DNA from: Halogeometricum borinquense DSM 11551
GTDB lineage: Archaea; Halobacteriota; Halobacteria; Halobacteriales; Haloferacaceae
Direction of reading: 5' to 3'
Length of the DNA stretch: 32,000 nucleotides
Assembly: GCF_000172995.2 (NCBI RefSeq)
Contig: NC_014729.1
Coordinates: 2,130,001 to 2,162,000 of the forward strand
Under the pieces are notes generated by a model that ran no database searches, was not told the DNA's origin, and saw only the letters and a program-made list of their open reading frames with translations. A program made the position numbers and the translations under genes. The first letter of the stretch is position 1, and each line of letters opens with the position of its first letter. Positions 1 to 7,541 of the stretch are shown in pieces.

Positions 1-169
1 CGACGACCACTTGGTCGCCCTCCGACGAGAACGCCGACAGGAGGGGGCGCGATGACCGATACGCGCAGTGTTCGCTCCAGAGGTTCTCGAAGAGTACCGT
101 CTCCGCCGATGTCGGGTCGCGTCCGAGTTCGGCCACGACGAGTTCGCGGTCCGCGTCGGAAAGACTCAT
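1..169 (-). CDS. purL: Phosphoribosylformylglycinamidine synthase subunit PurL, N-terminal fragment; the gene continues beyond the window start
   Basis: Minus-strand ATG at 169..167. Manual translation gives MSLSDADRELVVAELGRDPTSAETVLFENLWSEHCAYRSSRPLLSAFSSEGDQVVV. The ENLWSEHCAYRSS block is the conserved PurL N-terminal motif. Too short to appear in the ORF track. Confidence 0.75.
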   Translation of the reverse strand, partial: MSLSDADRELVVAELGRDPTSAETVLFENLWSEHCAYRSSRPLLSAFSSEGDQVVV

Positions 170-226
170 TCATTGATGTGGTCAGAACGCAGGCGGTAAG
201 TTCTTTCTATATGCACGAACGTGACT

Positions 227-254
227 AAAAACGGAGTGGCCGCGGAAACAGCGG
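227..254 (-). terminator. Possible terminator of the CBS gene: weak 4-bp hairpin plus a T5 tract on the minus strand
   Basis: On the minus strand, CCGC-tgtttcc-GCGG (254..240) is followed by TTTTT (231..227), about 35-60 nt after the stop at 289. Archaeal termination commonly occurs at oligo-T tracts. Confidence 0.3.
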
Positions 255-288
255 GTCGCACCGGGAACCGACGGGTGTCCCGATCCGA

Positions 289-717
289 TCACGCCGGGTA
301 CGGCGGCGACTCGGCCTTGATTATCTCGGAGATGTCGTGCATCTCGTCTTCGAGGAGGACGAGCAGGTCGTCCATCGTGACGATGCCCGAGAGCTTCCCT
401 TCTTCTGCGACGGGAACCCGTCGGACGCCGTGTTCGCGCATAGCGCGGCAGAGTTCCATCACGCCCATGTCGCCGTCGGCGGTGAACGGTTTGGGACTCA
501 TCACGTCGCGGGCGAACGCTTCCCGGTCGCGGCCTTCACCAAGGATCTTCAACGCGAGGTCACGGTCGGTGACGATTCCCTCGATATGGCCGTCCGTCTC
601 GATCACGACGGAACCGACCTTCTTCGACGCCATCGTCTTTGCGAGTTCGTTGACTGGCGTGTCCGGACGTGCGCTTACGACCTCTCCTTTCGAACGTGCG
701 ATGTCTCGTACTGGCAT
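289..717 (-). CDS. CBS domain pair protein
   Basis: Two CBS-like repeats (VGSVVIETDGHIEGIVTDRDL and VRRVPVAEEGKLSGIVTMDDLL). The start is trimmed to the internal ATG at 717 (MPVRDIARS...) rather than the track start at 774. Confidence 0.8.
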   Translation of the reverse strand: MPVRDIARSKGEVVSARPDTPVNELAKTMASKKVGSVVIETDGHIEGIVTDRDLALKILGEGRDREAFARDVMSPKPFTADGDMGVMELCRAMREHGVRRVPVAEEGKLSGIVTMDDLLVLLEDEMHDISEIIKAESPPYPA

Positions 718-885
718 TTCAGTTTCCCCCGGTTCGACTCGGTGACAACCACTGTCATTTCCGAGTCTCGCCACGTAGAAATAGGCGGTCTACCCCCAAA
801 TAGCCGTGTTACAGACCGCTGTCACCTCGCCCCGGCCGATTGCCGTCGGACGCACCAAGACGGGTCGTCGGGGCGGACCGCGCGG

Positions 886-894
886 TTTTTCTAA
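886..894 (+). promoter_or_regulatory. TATA-like element (tttttctaa) about 26 nt upstream of the PHP gene GTG start, consistent with a leaderless transcript
   Basis: AT-rich 9-mer in GC-rich context, centred near 890. The start codon is at 916. Confidence 0.3.
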
Positions 895-915
895 CCGGGG
901 TGTCAACCTCCGCCT

Positions 916-1599
916 GTGTTATCGGTCGAGTTGCACGCGCATTCGTCGCTCTCGTACGACGCCCGTGACCCGATAGAACTCCTCCTCGAACAGGCGGAGG
1001 CAGTCGGTCTCGACGCTCTTGCGGTCACAGACCACGACGAGATAGACGCAAGCCTTCAAGCCGCCGACATCGCCGAAGACTACGGCTTGGTCGGCATCCC
1101 GGGGATGGAAGTAACCTCTGCGGCAGGTCACATCCTCGCGCTCGGCATCAACGAACTGATTCCGGCCGGTCTGTCATACGACGAGACGCTGGACCGGATC
1201 AGAGAGCAGGGCGGTATCGCCGTCATCCCGCACCCGTTTCAGTCCTCGCGGCACGGCGTCGCCCCTCACATCACTCGGACGCAACTCGCTGCTGCGGACG
1301 CCATCGAAGTGTACAACTCGCGGCTGTTTACCGGGCGGTCGAACCGAAAAGCAGACCGGTTCGCTACGGCCCGCGAACTCCCGAAAACGGCCGGAAGCGA
1401 CGCCCACATTAGTGAGATGGTCGGGCAGGCAGTTACGGAAGTTGCCACCGACGACCGGTCTGAAAGCGGGATCCTCGACGCAATCACCGACGGGCAGACC
1501 AGCGTCGTCGGCAGCAAGACGCCGTGGCGCATCTCGTTCAAACAGTTCGGCGGCGGAGTCACCCGTCGCGTGAGACGCGGCGTCTTTGAGTTGCTCTGA
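916..1599 (+). CDS. PHP-domain metal-dependent phosphoesterase
   Basis: N-terminal VELHAHSSLSYD (the HxH motif), DALAVTDHD, PHP and GSDAH motifs typical of the PHP (polymerase/histidinol phosphatase) fold. GTG start. The stop overlaps the next gene's start (TGATG). Confidence 0.75.
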   Translation: MLSVELHAHSSLSYDARDPIELLLEQAEAVGLDALAVTDHDEIDASLQAADIAEDYGLVGIPGMEVTSAAGHILALGINELIPAGLSYDETLDRIREQGGIAVIPHPFQSSRHGVAPHITRTQLAAADAIEVYNSRLFTGRSNRKADRFATARELPKTAGSDAHISEMVGQAVTEVATDDRSESGILDAITDGQTSVVGSKTPWRISFKQFGGGVTRRVRRGVFELL

Positions 1600-2681
1600 T
1601 GCTCCGCGGTGCCGACGAGACGACGGTTCGAGCTGCTATCGAGTCGAGCGACCCGCTTTCCGGTACCGCCGGGTTCGCGGGCGAACTAAACGGCACACTC
1701 GTCCGCGACGTACTCGGTCGGCAGCCGCTCTTTTCGGAACGCAATGATCCCGAAACGTGGGCGTTCGACCGCCGCGAACTCGCGGATCCCGTCCGCGTGC
1801 CGGCGGGGACGCGCCGAACCGACGACGGCGACAAACGGGTGTGGTCGTTGCCGACGCCCGCTCCCGAGACGGACCGCGAAGCCGCGCTTGCGAACGTCGA
1901 GTCGGCAGTCCACGGCGCAGTTCAAAACGTCGAGAGCGAGGGCCTTGCCGTGGCGTTCTCCGGCGGCGTAGACTCAGCCGTCGTTGCCGCGGGCGTGCCT
2001 GACGCGCCGTGCTACGTCGCCGGGTTCGAGGGAAGTCACGACGTGGCTGCCGCGCGCGACGCCGCCGACGCGATGGACAGAGAGTTGCACGTCGTGGAAC
2101 TGACGCACGACGCACTCCGCGAGGCCGTTCCCGAACTCGTCTCGGTACTCGGACGGACGAACCCGATGGATATCCAAATCGTCCTACCGCTCTATCTCGT
2201 CGCAAAGCAGGTGGCAGCCGACGGATTCGACCGACTCGCCGTCGGACAGGGTGCAGACGAACTGTTCGGCGGGTACGCGAAAGTCGAAAAAGCACCCGAC
2301 GACCCGCGAGTGGAAGCCGATACGGTACGCGGCGCGGCGACGGAGATGGTTCGAACGCTCCCCGAACAGTTAGAACGCGACGTACTAACGCTCCGTGCGG
2401 CGGGCGTCGAGCCTGTTGCCCCGCTTCTCCACGACGACGTAGTGTCGGCCGCGCTTCCGCTTCCCGGCGAGTTGCTCGTCGCCGACAGCCGACGGAAAGT
2501 CGCACTCCGCGAAGTCGCGGGCGAACTCGTCCCCGACTCGGTCGCTTCAGCGGACAAGAAGGCCGTCCAGTATGGAACGTACGCCGCCCGTGAACTCGAC
2601 CGCTTGGCTCGACAGGCGGGATATAAGCGCCGGATGGAAAATCACGTCGAACAGTACGTTCAGTCGCTTATCGAGGAGTAG
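1599..2681 (+). CDS. Asparagine synthase (AsnB)-like PP-loop ATP pyrophosphatase with a truncated glutaminase domain lacking the N-terminal Cys
   Basis: PP-loop AFSGGVDSAVVAA. A residual AsnB-like RDVLGRQPLF segment sits upstream. The protein begins MLRGAD, not MCG. 1-nt overlap with the PHP gene stop. Confidence 0.6.
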   Translation: MLRGADETTVRAAIESSDPLSGTAGFAGELNGTLVRDVLGRQPLFSERNDPETWAFDRRELADPVRVPAGTRRTDDGDKRVWSLPTPAPETDREAALANVESAVHGAVQNVESEGLAVAFSGGVDSAVVAAGVPDAPCYVAGFEGSHDVAAARDAADAMDRELHVVELTHDALREAVPELVSVLGRTNPMDIQIVLPLYLVAKQVAADGFDRLAVGQGADELFGGYAKVEKAPDDPRVEADTVRGAATEMVRTLPEQLERDVLTLRAAGVEPVAPLLHDDVVSAALPLPGELLVADSRRKVALREVAGELVPDSVASADKKAVQYGTYAARELDRLARQAGYKRRMENHVEQYVQSLIEE

Positions 2682-2707
2682 CGTGGGGTCCCCGGTGCCG
2701 ACTGGCC

Positions 2708-3184
2708 TCACTCGGTGGCTTCTGCCGCCTCGATGGCTTCGAGCGCGAATTCGGTGGTATCGGGGTCGATGTCGTTTTCGCGGAGTTCGTCGGCGTCGTA
2801 CCACGTCCACGCCTCAGCGCCCGCTTCGTCGTCGCCGTCAGGATCGATGTCGCGCGATTCGACCGTCGCGTAGTAGATGTGGTCGATGTGTTGGTGGCCG
2901 ACGGTGCCGTCGTCGTGAATGTTGATATCGTAGAGCATCTGATGTCGCGGATCCGGGAGAACGCGACCGTCGGGTGAGTCAACCGGGTCGGTGTCGTCCA
3001 GTAACTCGGCGTCCAGCCCGGTTTCCTCGCGGACCTCCCGTAACCCCGCCTCGTGCGGGATTTCGTCCCGATCAACGTGGCCGCCCGGCGGAATCTCGAT
3101 ACCGAGTCGTTCGTGGTGGTGGAGAGCAACTGCGCCGTCGTTGACGATGTATACTGTCGCAGTGAAATGTCGCGTTTTCTCCAT
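2708..3184 (-). CDS. Nudix hydrolase
   Basis: Nudix box GGHVDRDEIPHEAGLREVREETGL matches GX5EX7REUXEEXGU. Confidence 0.85.
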   Translation of the reverse strand: MEKTRHFTATVYIVNDGAVALHHHERLGIEIPPGGHVDRDEIPHEAGLREVREETGLDAELLDDTDPVDSPDGRVLPDPRHQMLYDINIHDDGTVGHQHIDHIYYATVESRDIDPDGDDEAGAEAWTWYDADELRENDIDPDTTEFALEAIEAAEATE

Positions 3185-3291
3185 GAGATGCGGTTTACCA
3201 ACCCCGGCTTTTGGTGTTTCTGTTCGGCTTCGAAAGCTGTACGAAGAGCTTCGAAACCCGCGCTAACGACCAACAAGAAGGCCGCTCCTCG

Positions 3292-4275
3292 TTACGTCAT
3301 CAACTGCTCTTCGGCTTCGAGCAGTTCGTGATACCGGTTTCGGATGGTCACTTCCGAGATGTTAGCGACCTCGCTTACCTCACTCTGCGTCACCTTTTCG
3401 TTGGCGAGCAACGAGGCGGCGTAGATTGCGGCGGCCGCGAGACCGACGGGTGACTTCCCGGAGTGAATGCCTTGTTCTTTAGCCGTCCGCAGTAACTGCC
3501 GGGCGTGCCGTTCGGACTCGTCGTTCAGGCCGAGTTCGGAGGCGAACCGCGGAACGTACTGTTCGGGATCTGCCGGTTCGATTTCGAGATTCAGTTCGCG
3601 GACGACGTAGCGGTACGTCCGCGAAATCTCGTCTTTATCGACGCGAGAGACGGTCTCCAACTCGTCGAGCGAGCGGGGGGTACCGGCCTGTCGCGCCGCA
3701 GCGTAGAGTGCGGAGGTAGCGACGCCCTCGATGGAGCGTCCGGGGAGGAGGTCGTCATCCAGCGCACGGCGGTAGATGACCGAGGCCGTCTCGCGGACGT
3801 TCTCGGGGAGGCCGAGCGCCGAAGCCATCCGGTCGATTTCGCCGAGCGCCTGCTTTAGGTTCCGCTCTTTGGCATCGCGGGTGCGGAAGCGCTCGTTCCA
3901 CGTCCGCAGTCGTTGCATCTTCTGACGTTGGGTCGACGACAGGGAGTTGCCGTAGGCGTCTTTGTTCTGCCAGCCGATGTTGGTCGAAAGTCCCCTATCG
4001 TGCATCATGTTCGTCGTCGGCGCACCGACGCGGGACTTCTGGTCTTTTTCCCTCGCGTCGAACGCGCGCCACTCCGGCCCGCGGTCGATTTCGTCTTCCT
4101 CGACGACGAGTCCACAGTCATCACACACTGTCTCGCCGTGTTCCGCATCCGTTGTGAGGTTCGAGGAGCCACACTCCGGGCAAAGTGTCTCCTCGTCGCC
4201 CGTTTTTTCAGCCTCTCGGTCACTCTCGCGCGCGCGTGCGCTCTCCATCTCCGAACTTCGGATGCGATCTGTCAT
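3292..4275 (-). CDS. tfb: Transcription initiation factor IIB (TFB)
   Basis: N-terminal Zn-ribbon CPECGS...CDDCG, B-reader region RVGAPTT, and two cyclin-like repeats. 327 aa, with the acidic N-terminal extension typical of haloarchaeal TFBs. Confidence 0.95.
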   Translation of the reverse strand: MTDRIRSSEMESARARESDREAEKTGDEETLCPECGSSNLTTDAEHGETVCDDCGLVVEEDEIDRGPEWRAFDAREKDQKSRVGAPTTNMMHDRGLSTNIGWQNKDAYGNSLSSTQRQKMQRLRTWNERFRTRDAKERNLKQALGEIDRMASALGLPENVRETASVIYRRALDDDLLPGRSIEGVATSALYAAARQAGTPRSLDELETVSRVDKDEISRTYRYVVRELNLEIEPADPEQYVPRFASELGLNDESERHARQLLRTAKEQGIHSGKSPVGLAAAAIYAASLLANEKVTQSEVSEVANISEVTIRNRYHELLEAEEQLMT

Positions 4276-4333
4276 TGTCGGTGCAGAGAATGGGCCGGAG
4301 TGTTCTCCAACTTACAACTACGGTCGGCACGAT

Positions 4334-4341
4334 AATATATT
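4334..4341. promoter_or_regulatory. Palindromic AT-rich element (aatatatt) in the tfb/gatC divergent intergenic region; candidate TATA box
   Basis: The only strongly AT-rich octamer between the divergent starts at 4275 (-) and 4449 (+). About 62 nt from the tfb ATG, which implies a short 5' UTR. Confidence 0.25.
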
Positions 4342-4448
4342 TGACGGGAGATAGACAACGGAATCCGGCCGGAATCGTCTGGCTCTGTCATGGCTTCCTC
4401 TCCACCAACACCGAAACCCTTACTCCCGGCCCCCGGTTCGTGACGAAC

Positions 4449-4727
4449 ATGAGCGATACGCCCGTGGACGCCGAGGAGGTGCGTCACGTCGCGGAGTTGG
4501 CGCGGGTGAACCTCGACGAGGACGAAGTCGAGGAGTTTGCCGGCCAGTTCGCCGACATTCTCGACTACTTCGATGCACTCGATGAGGTTCCCGAAGTCGA
4601 GGCCGAACCGGATCTCGTGAACGTAATGCGTACCGACGAGGTACGCGACGGTCTCGACCAGGACGAAGCCCTGCAGAACGCCCCTGAAGCGGAAGACGGC
4701 TTCTTCAAAGGACCGCGGGTGTCGTAA
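4449..4727 (+). CDS. gatC: Asp-tRNA(Asn)/Glu-tRNA(Gln) amidotransferase subunit C
   Basis: 92-aa acidic protein MSDTPVDAEEVRHVAELARVNLDEDEVEEF..., immediately abutting gatA (TAA then ATG). The track ORF from 4185 is over-extended. Confidence 0.85.
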   Translation: MSDTPVDAEEVRHVAELARVNLDEDEVEEFAGQFADILDYFDALDEVPEVEAEPDLVNVMRTDEVRDGLDQDEALQNAPEAEDGFFKGPRVS

Positions 4728-6020
4728 ATGGGTGCGAACATCTTCATCACCGAGGAGACCATCGACGGTGCCGACGACGGCCCGCTCGCAGGGAAGACCG
4801 TCGCGGTCAAGGACAATCTCAGCACTGACGGCCTCCGGACGACTTGTGGCTCTGCGATGCTGGACGAGTACGTCCCGCCGTACGACGCCACCGTGGTCGA
4901 ACACCTGAAAGACGCCGGTGCCACCATCGTTGGCAAGACCAACATGGACGAGTTCGGAATGGGCGGAACGACCGAAACCTCGGCGTTCGGCCCGACGAAG
5001 AACCCCGTAGACGAAGAGCGCGTTCCCGGTGGGTCATCCGGTGGGTCCGCTGCCGCAGTCGCCGCGGGGAAGGCCGACCTCGCACTTGGCACGGACACCG
5101 GCGGATCGGTCCGGAACCCGGCCGCTTTCTGCGGTGTCGTCGGAATCAAGCCGACGTACGGTCTCGTGTCTCGCTACGGTCTCATCGCCTACGCGAACTC
5201 TCTCGAGCAGGTCGGCCCCATCGGTTCGACCGTCGAGGAGACGGCCGCTCTCTTGGATGTCATCGCCGGTGCGGACGAACACGATGCGACGACGCGCTTC
5301 GACCAGACGATGGACGCCCATCCCGCCGAGAATTCGGACTACGCCGCCGCCGCGGACGGCGACGTGGACGGGATGACTGTCGGCGTCATCACGGACCTGC
5401 TGGACGGCGCGGACGACCGCGTCGTGGAGACGTTCGAGGCTGCCGTTTCGGACCTCGAATCGCAGGGCGCAGCGGTTGTCGAGGTCAGCCTCGATTCCCT
5501 CGAACACGCGGTGCAAGCGTACTACGTCATCGCCATGTCCGAGGCGTCCTCGAACCTCGCGCGCTACGACGGTGTGCGTTACGGTCTCTCGACCGGCAAA
5601 GAGGGCAACTGGAACGACGTGTACGCCGACACCCGTGAGGAAGGGTTCGGCGCGGAGGTCAAACGACGAATCCTGCTTGGCACGTACGCCCTCTCAGCGG
5701 GCTACCACGACAAGTACTACAAGAAAGCACAGGACGCCCGCGCGTGGATCAAACAGGACTTCGACGAGGCGCTCGCCGAGGCGGACGTTCTCGCCACGCC
5801 GACGATGCCCGTCCTCCCGCCGAAACTCGGCGAGAGCCTCTCGGACCCGCTTCAACTCTACCTAATGGACGCCAACACGGTCCCGGTCAATCTCGCTAAC
5901 CTTCCCGCGATCTCCGTTCCGGCAGGGGAGGCCGACGGCCTGCCGGTCGGTCTGCAGTTAATCGGGCCGAAGTTCGGGGAAGAGACGATGATTCGGGCGG
6001 CTTCCGCAGTCGAAAACTGA
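4728..6020 (+). CDS. gatA: Asp-tRNA(Asn)/Glu-tRNA(Gln) amidotransferase subunit A
   Basis: Amidase signature GGSSGGSAAAVAAG...DTGGSVRNPAAFCG. 430 aa, directly following gatC. Confidence 0.95.
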   Translation: MGANIFITEETIDGADDGPLAGKTVAVKDNLSTDGLRTTCGSAMLDEYVPPYDATVVEHLKDAGATIVGKTNMDEFGMGGTTETSAFGPTKNPVDEERVPGGSSGGSAAAVAAGKADLALGTDTGGSVRNPAAFCGVVGIKPTYGLVSRYGLIAYANSLEQVGPIGSTVEETAALLDVIAGADEHDATTRFDQTMDAHPAENSDYAAAADGDVDGMTVGVITDLLDGADDRVVETFEAAVSDLESQGAAVVEVSLDSLEHAVQAYYVIAMSEASSNLARYDGVRYGLSTGKEGNWNDVYADTREEGFGAEVKRRILLGTYALSAGYHDKYYKKAQDARAWIKQDFDEALAEADVLATPTMPVLPPKLGESLSDPLQLYLMDANTVPVNLANLPAISVPAGEADGLPVGLQLIGPKFGEETMIRAASAVEN

Positions 6021-6028
6021 ACGGCGGC

Positions 6029-6033
6029 TTTTT
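6029..6033 (+). terminator. Oligo-T tract (T5) 9 nt after the gatA stop
   Basis: ggcTTTTTcc directly downstream of the TGA at 6018..6020. Confidence 0.35.
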
Positions 6034-6225
6034 CCACCAGGGATTTGCGGGGTGAGCGAATCGAACCCCCGCAAAATGGATTGTATCCAGCAAACAGCCA
6101 CGAGACACTTCACCGGTCTGTTTTCTCCGGCGTCATCTGGTGGGGAGAACGTGCAGCAGACGCTCAAAGCACGCTTTGAGTATCCAACATATTCTTTCTC
6201 GTCACGAGATAACCCCGAGGCGACT

Positions 6226-6726
6226 ATGCCTGATTGGTCAGAGATACTGTCGAGTAGGTCTCTATTAGCCCTCCTTCTCATCGGCGGCTTGGTCGTCGGC
6301 ACCACCGGTGTCGCGGCACAGGACGCGTCGGGGGAGCTAAAGAAGACCGACGGAAAGGTCGTCGTTGAGAGCGCGGAGAACCAGACTATCGCTGGAACCA
6401 CGGACTTGGAGGCGGGAACGAACGTCACTGTCAGAGTAGCGTCGTCCGGCGACACACAACCACCGTTCCTGAAAACTGACACCGCCACTGTCGGTGAGGA
6501 CGGCGGTTTCGAGGCCACGTTCGACTTCTCCGAACAGAACGCCAGTGACACGTTCGAAGTGACTGTCGATAGCGACTCCAGTTCCGGAATGGTTGCGGAA
6601 GCCGAGGGTGTCGTCCGCGCGCCCGAAGAGGACACGTCTTCCTCGATGCCCGGATTCAGCGTTGTTGTCGCCGTGTTCGCAATCGTCGCAGTCGGTGCGG
6701 TGGCTGTGCGCCGTCAGCAGTCCTAA
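6226..6726 (+). CDS. Small secreted surface (glyco)protein with a PGF-CTERM archaeosortase sorting signal
   Basis: N-terminal signal-like hydrophobic segment (SLLALLLIGGLVVGTTGVAAQ). C-terminal Ser-rich linker + PGF + TM helix + RRQQS (SSSMPGFSVVVAVFAIVAVGAVAVRRQQS). Three N-X-S/T sequons (NQT, NVT, NAS). The start is trimmed to the ATG at 6226. Confidence 0.8.
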   Translation: MPDWSEILSSRSLLALLLIGGLVVGTTGVAAQDASGELKKTDGKVVVESAENQTIAGTTDLEAGTNVTVRVASSGDTQPPFLKTDTATVGEDGGFEATFDFSEQNASDTFEVTVDSDSSSGMVAEAEGVVRAPEEDTSSSMPGFSVVVAVFAIVAVGAVAVRRQQS

Positions 6727-6748
6727 ACACACGACCTAAGCACTGAAT

Positions 6749-6777
6749 CCGACGCTCTCGGCGTTGTCGGACTTTTT
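6749..6777 (+). terminator. Hairpin (CCGAC...GTCGG) followed by T5, downstream of the PGF-CTERM gene
   Basis: ccgac-gctctcggcgtt-gtcgg-ac-ttttt. Lies 23-50 nt after the stop at 6726. Confidence 0.4.
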
Positions 6778-6860
6778 GGTGTTTCGATTGGGTTGGATGA
6801 CACTCGGGACAGAACGGTACGTTTTCAACCGACCCGTTCGGACCCGAGAACAATTGCGCA

Positions 6861-7541
6861 ATGTACATTATCATCGTCGGAGCCGGAAACATCGGCACGC
6901 CGCTCATCGAAATCGCCACGCGGGGCGGCAACGAAGTCGTCGTCATCGAACGCGATACAGAGAAGGCCGAGGAGGCCGCTTCGACGTTCGACTGTCTCGT
7001 CCTCAACGACGACGCGACGGAGAAACAGACGCTTTCTGACGCCGGTGCTGACCGCGCAGACGCCCTCATCTCTACGACGGACAAAGACGCGACGAACATC
7101 ATGGTCTGTCTGCTCGCCAAAGAACTGCAGATTCCGAATATCGTCTCGGTCGTCCACAACCCCGAACACATGGGTATCTATCGCCGTATCGGCGTCAATA
7201 CGATGGAGAACCCGCAGCGACTCATCGCAGAGTACCTCTACCGCGCTGTCAAGCGACCTTCGATTGTGGACTACATGCGCGTCGGTGACGAAGCCGAGGT
7301 GTTCGAAATCGCGGTTGACGAGAACGCCCCGCTCGCGGGCCAGACGATCCAAGAGGCCGCCTCGGAGGGCTATCTCGGCGCTGGCATGCTTATCGTCGCT
7401 ATCGAACGCGACGGCACAGGCGACCCAATCACTCCCCGCGGGAATACCGTTATCGAAGCGGGCGATCTCCTCACTGTCTACTCCGCCGAAGGTGCCACGC
7501 CCGAGGTGACCGACGTCTTCGGCCACTACGAGGACCACTAA
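6861..7541 (+). CDS. trkA: Trk potassium uptake system NAD-binding subunit TrkA (single TrkA-N + TrkA-C unit)
   Basis: Rossmann motif IIIVGAGNIGTPL at the N-terminus, with a C-terminal TrkA-C-like region. TAATG overlap with the downstream trkH. Confidence 0.9.
   Translation: MYIIIVGAGNIGTPLIEIATRGGNEVVVIERDTEKAEEAASTFDCLVLNDDATEKQTLSDAGADRADALISTTDKDATNIMVCLLAKELQIPNIVSVVHNPEHMGIYRRIGVNTMENPQRLIAEYLYRAVKRPSIVDYMRVGDEAEVFEIAVDENAPLAGQTIQEAASEGYLGAGMLIVAIERDGTGDPITPRGNTVIEAGDLLTVYSAEGATPEVTDVFGHYEDH

Noticed and set aside
1636-2505. 289-aa minus-strand ORF and several other 60-190-aa ORFs overlapping the AsnB-like gene
   Set aside because: Extremely Arg/Pro-rich low-complexity translations with no motifs. 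These are antisense or out-of-frame artefacts of GC-rich coding sequence.
4185-4448. 88-codon upstream extension of gatC
   Set aside because: It covers the tfb/gatC divergent promoter region. GatC proteins are about 90-95 aa, and the conserved sequence starts at the ATG at 4449.
6046-6073. Possible tRNA gene, suggested by GTTCGATTC on the minus strand
   Set aside because: Only a 7-bp stem with a 14-nt loop is present. I could not fold any D-arm, anticodon arm or proper 5-bp T-stem on either strand, even allowing for an intron. It is kept as a structured-element finding, not an RNA gene call.
6052-6225. N-terminal extension of the PGF-CTERM ORF (GTG start at 6052)
   Set aside because: The extension runs through the hairpin-rich intergenic element and would bury the signal peptide 58 residues inside the protein. 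The ATG at 6226 gives a normal signal peptide.
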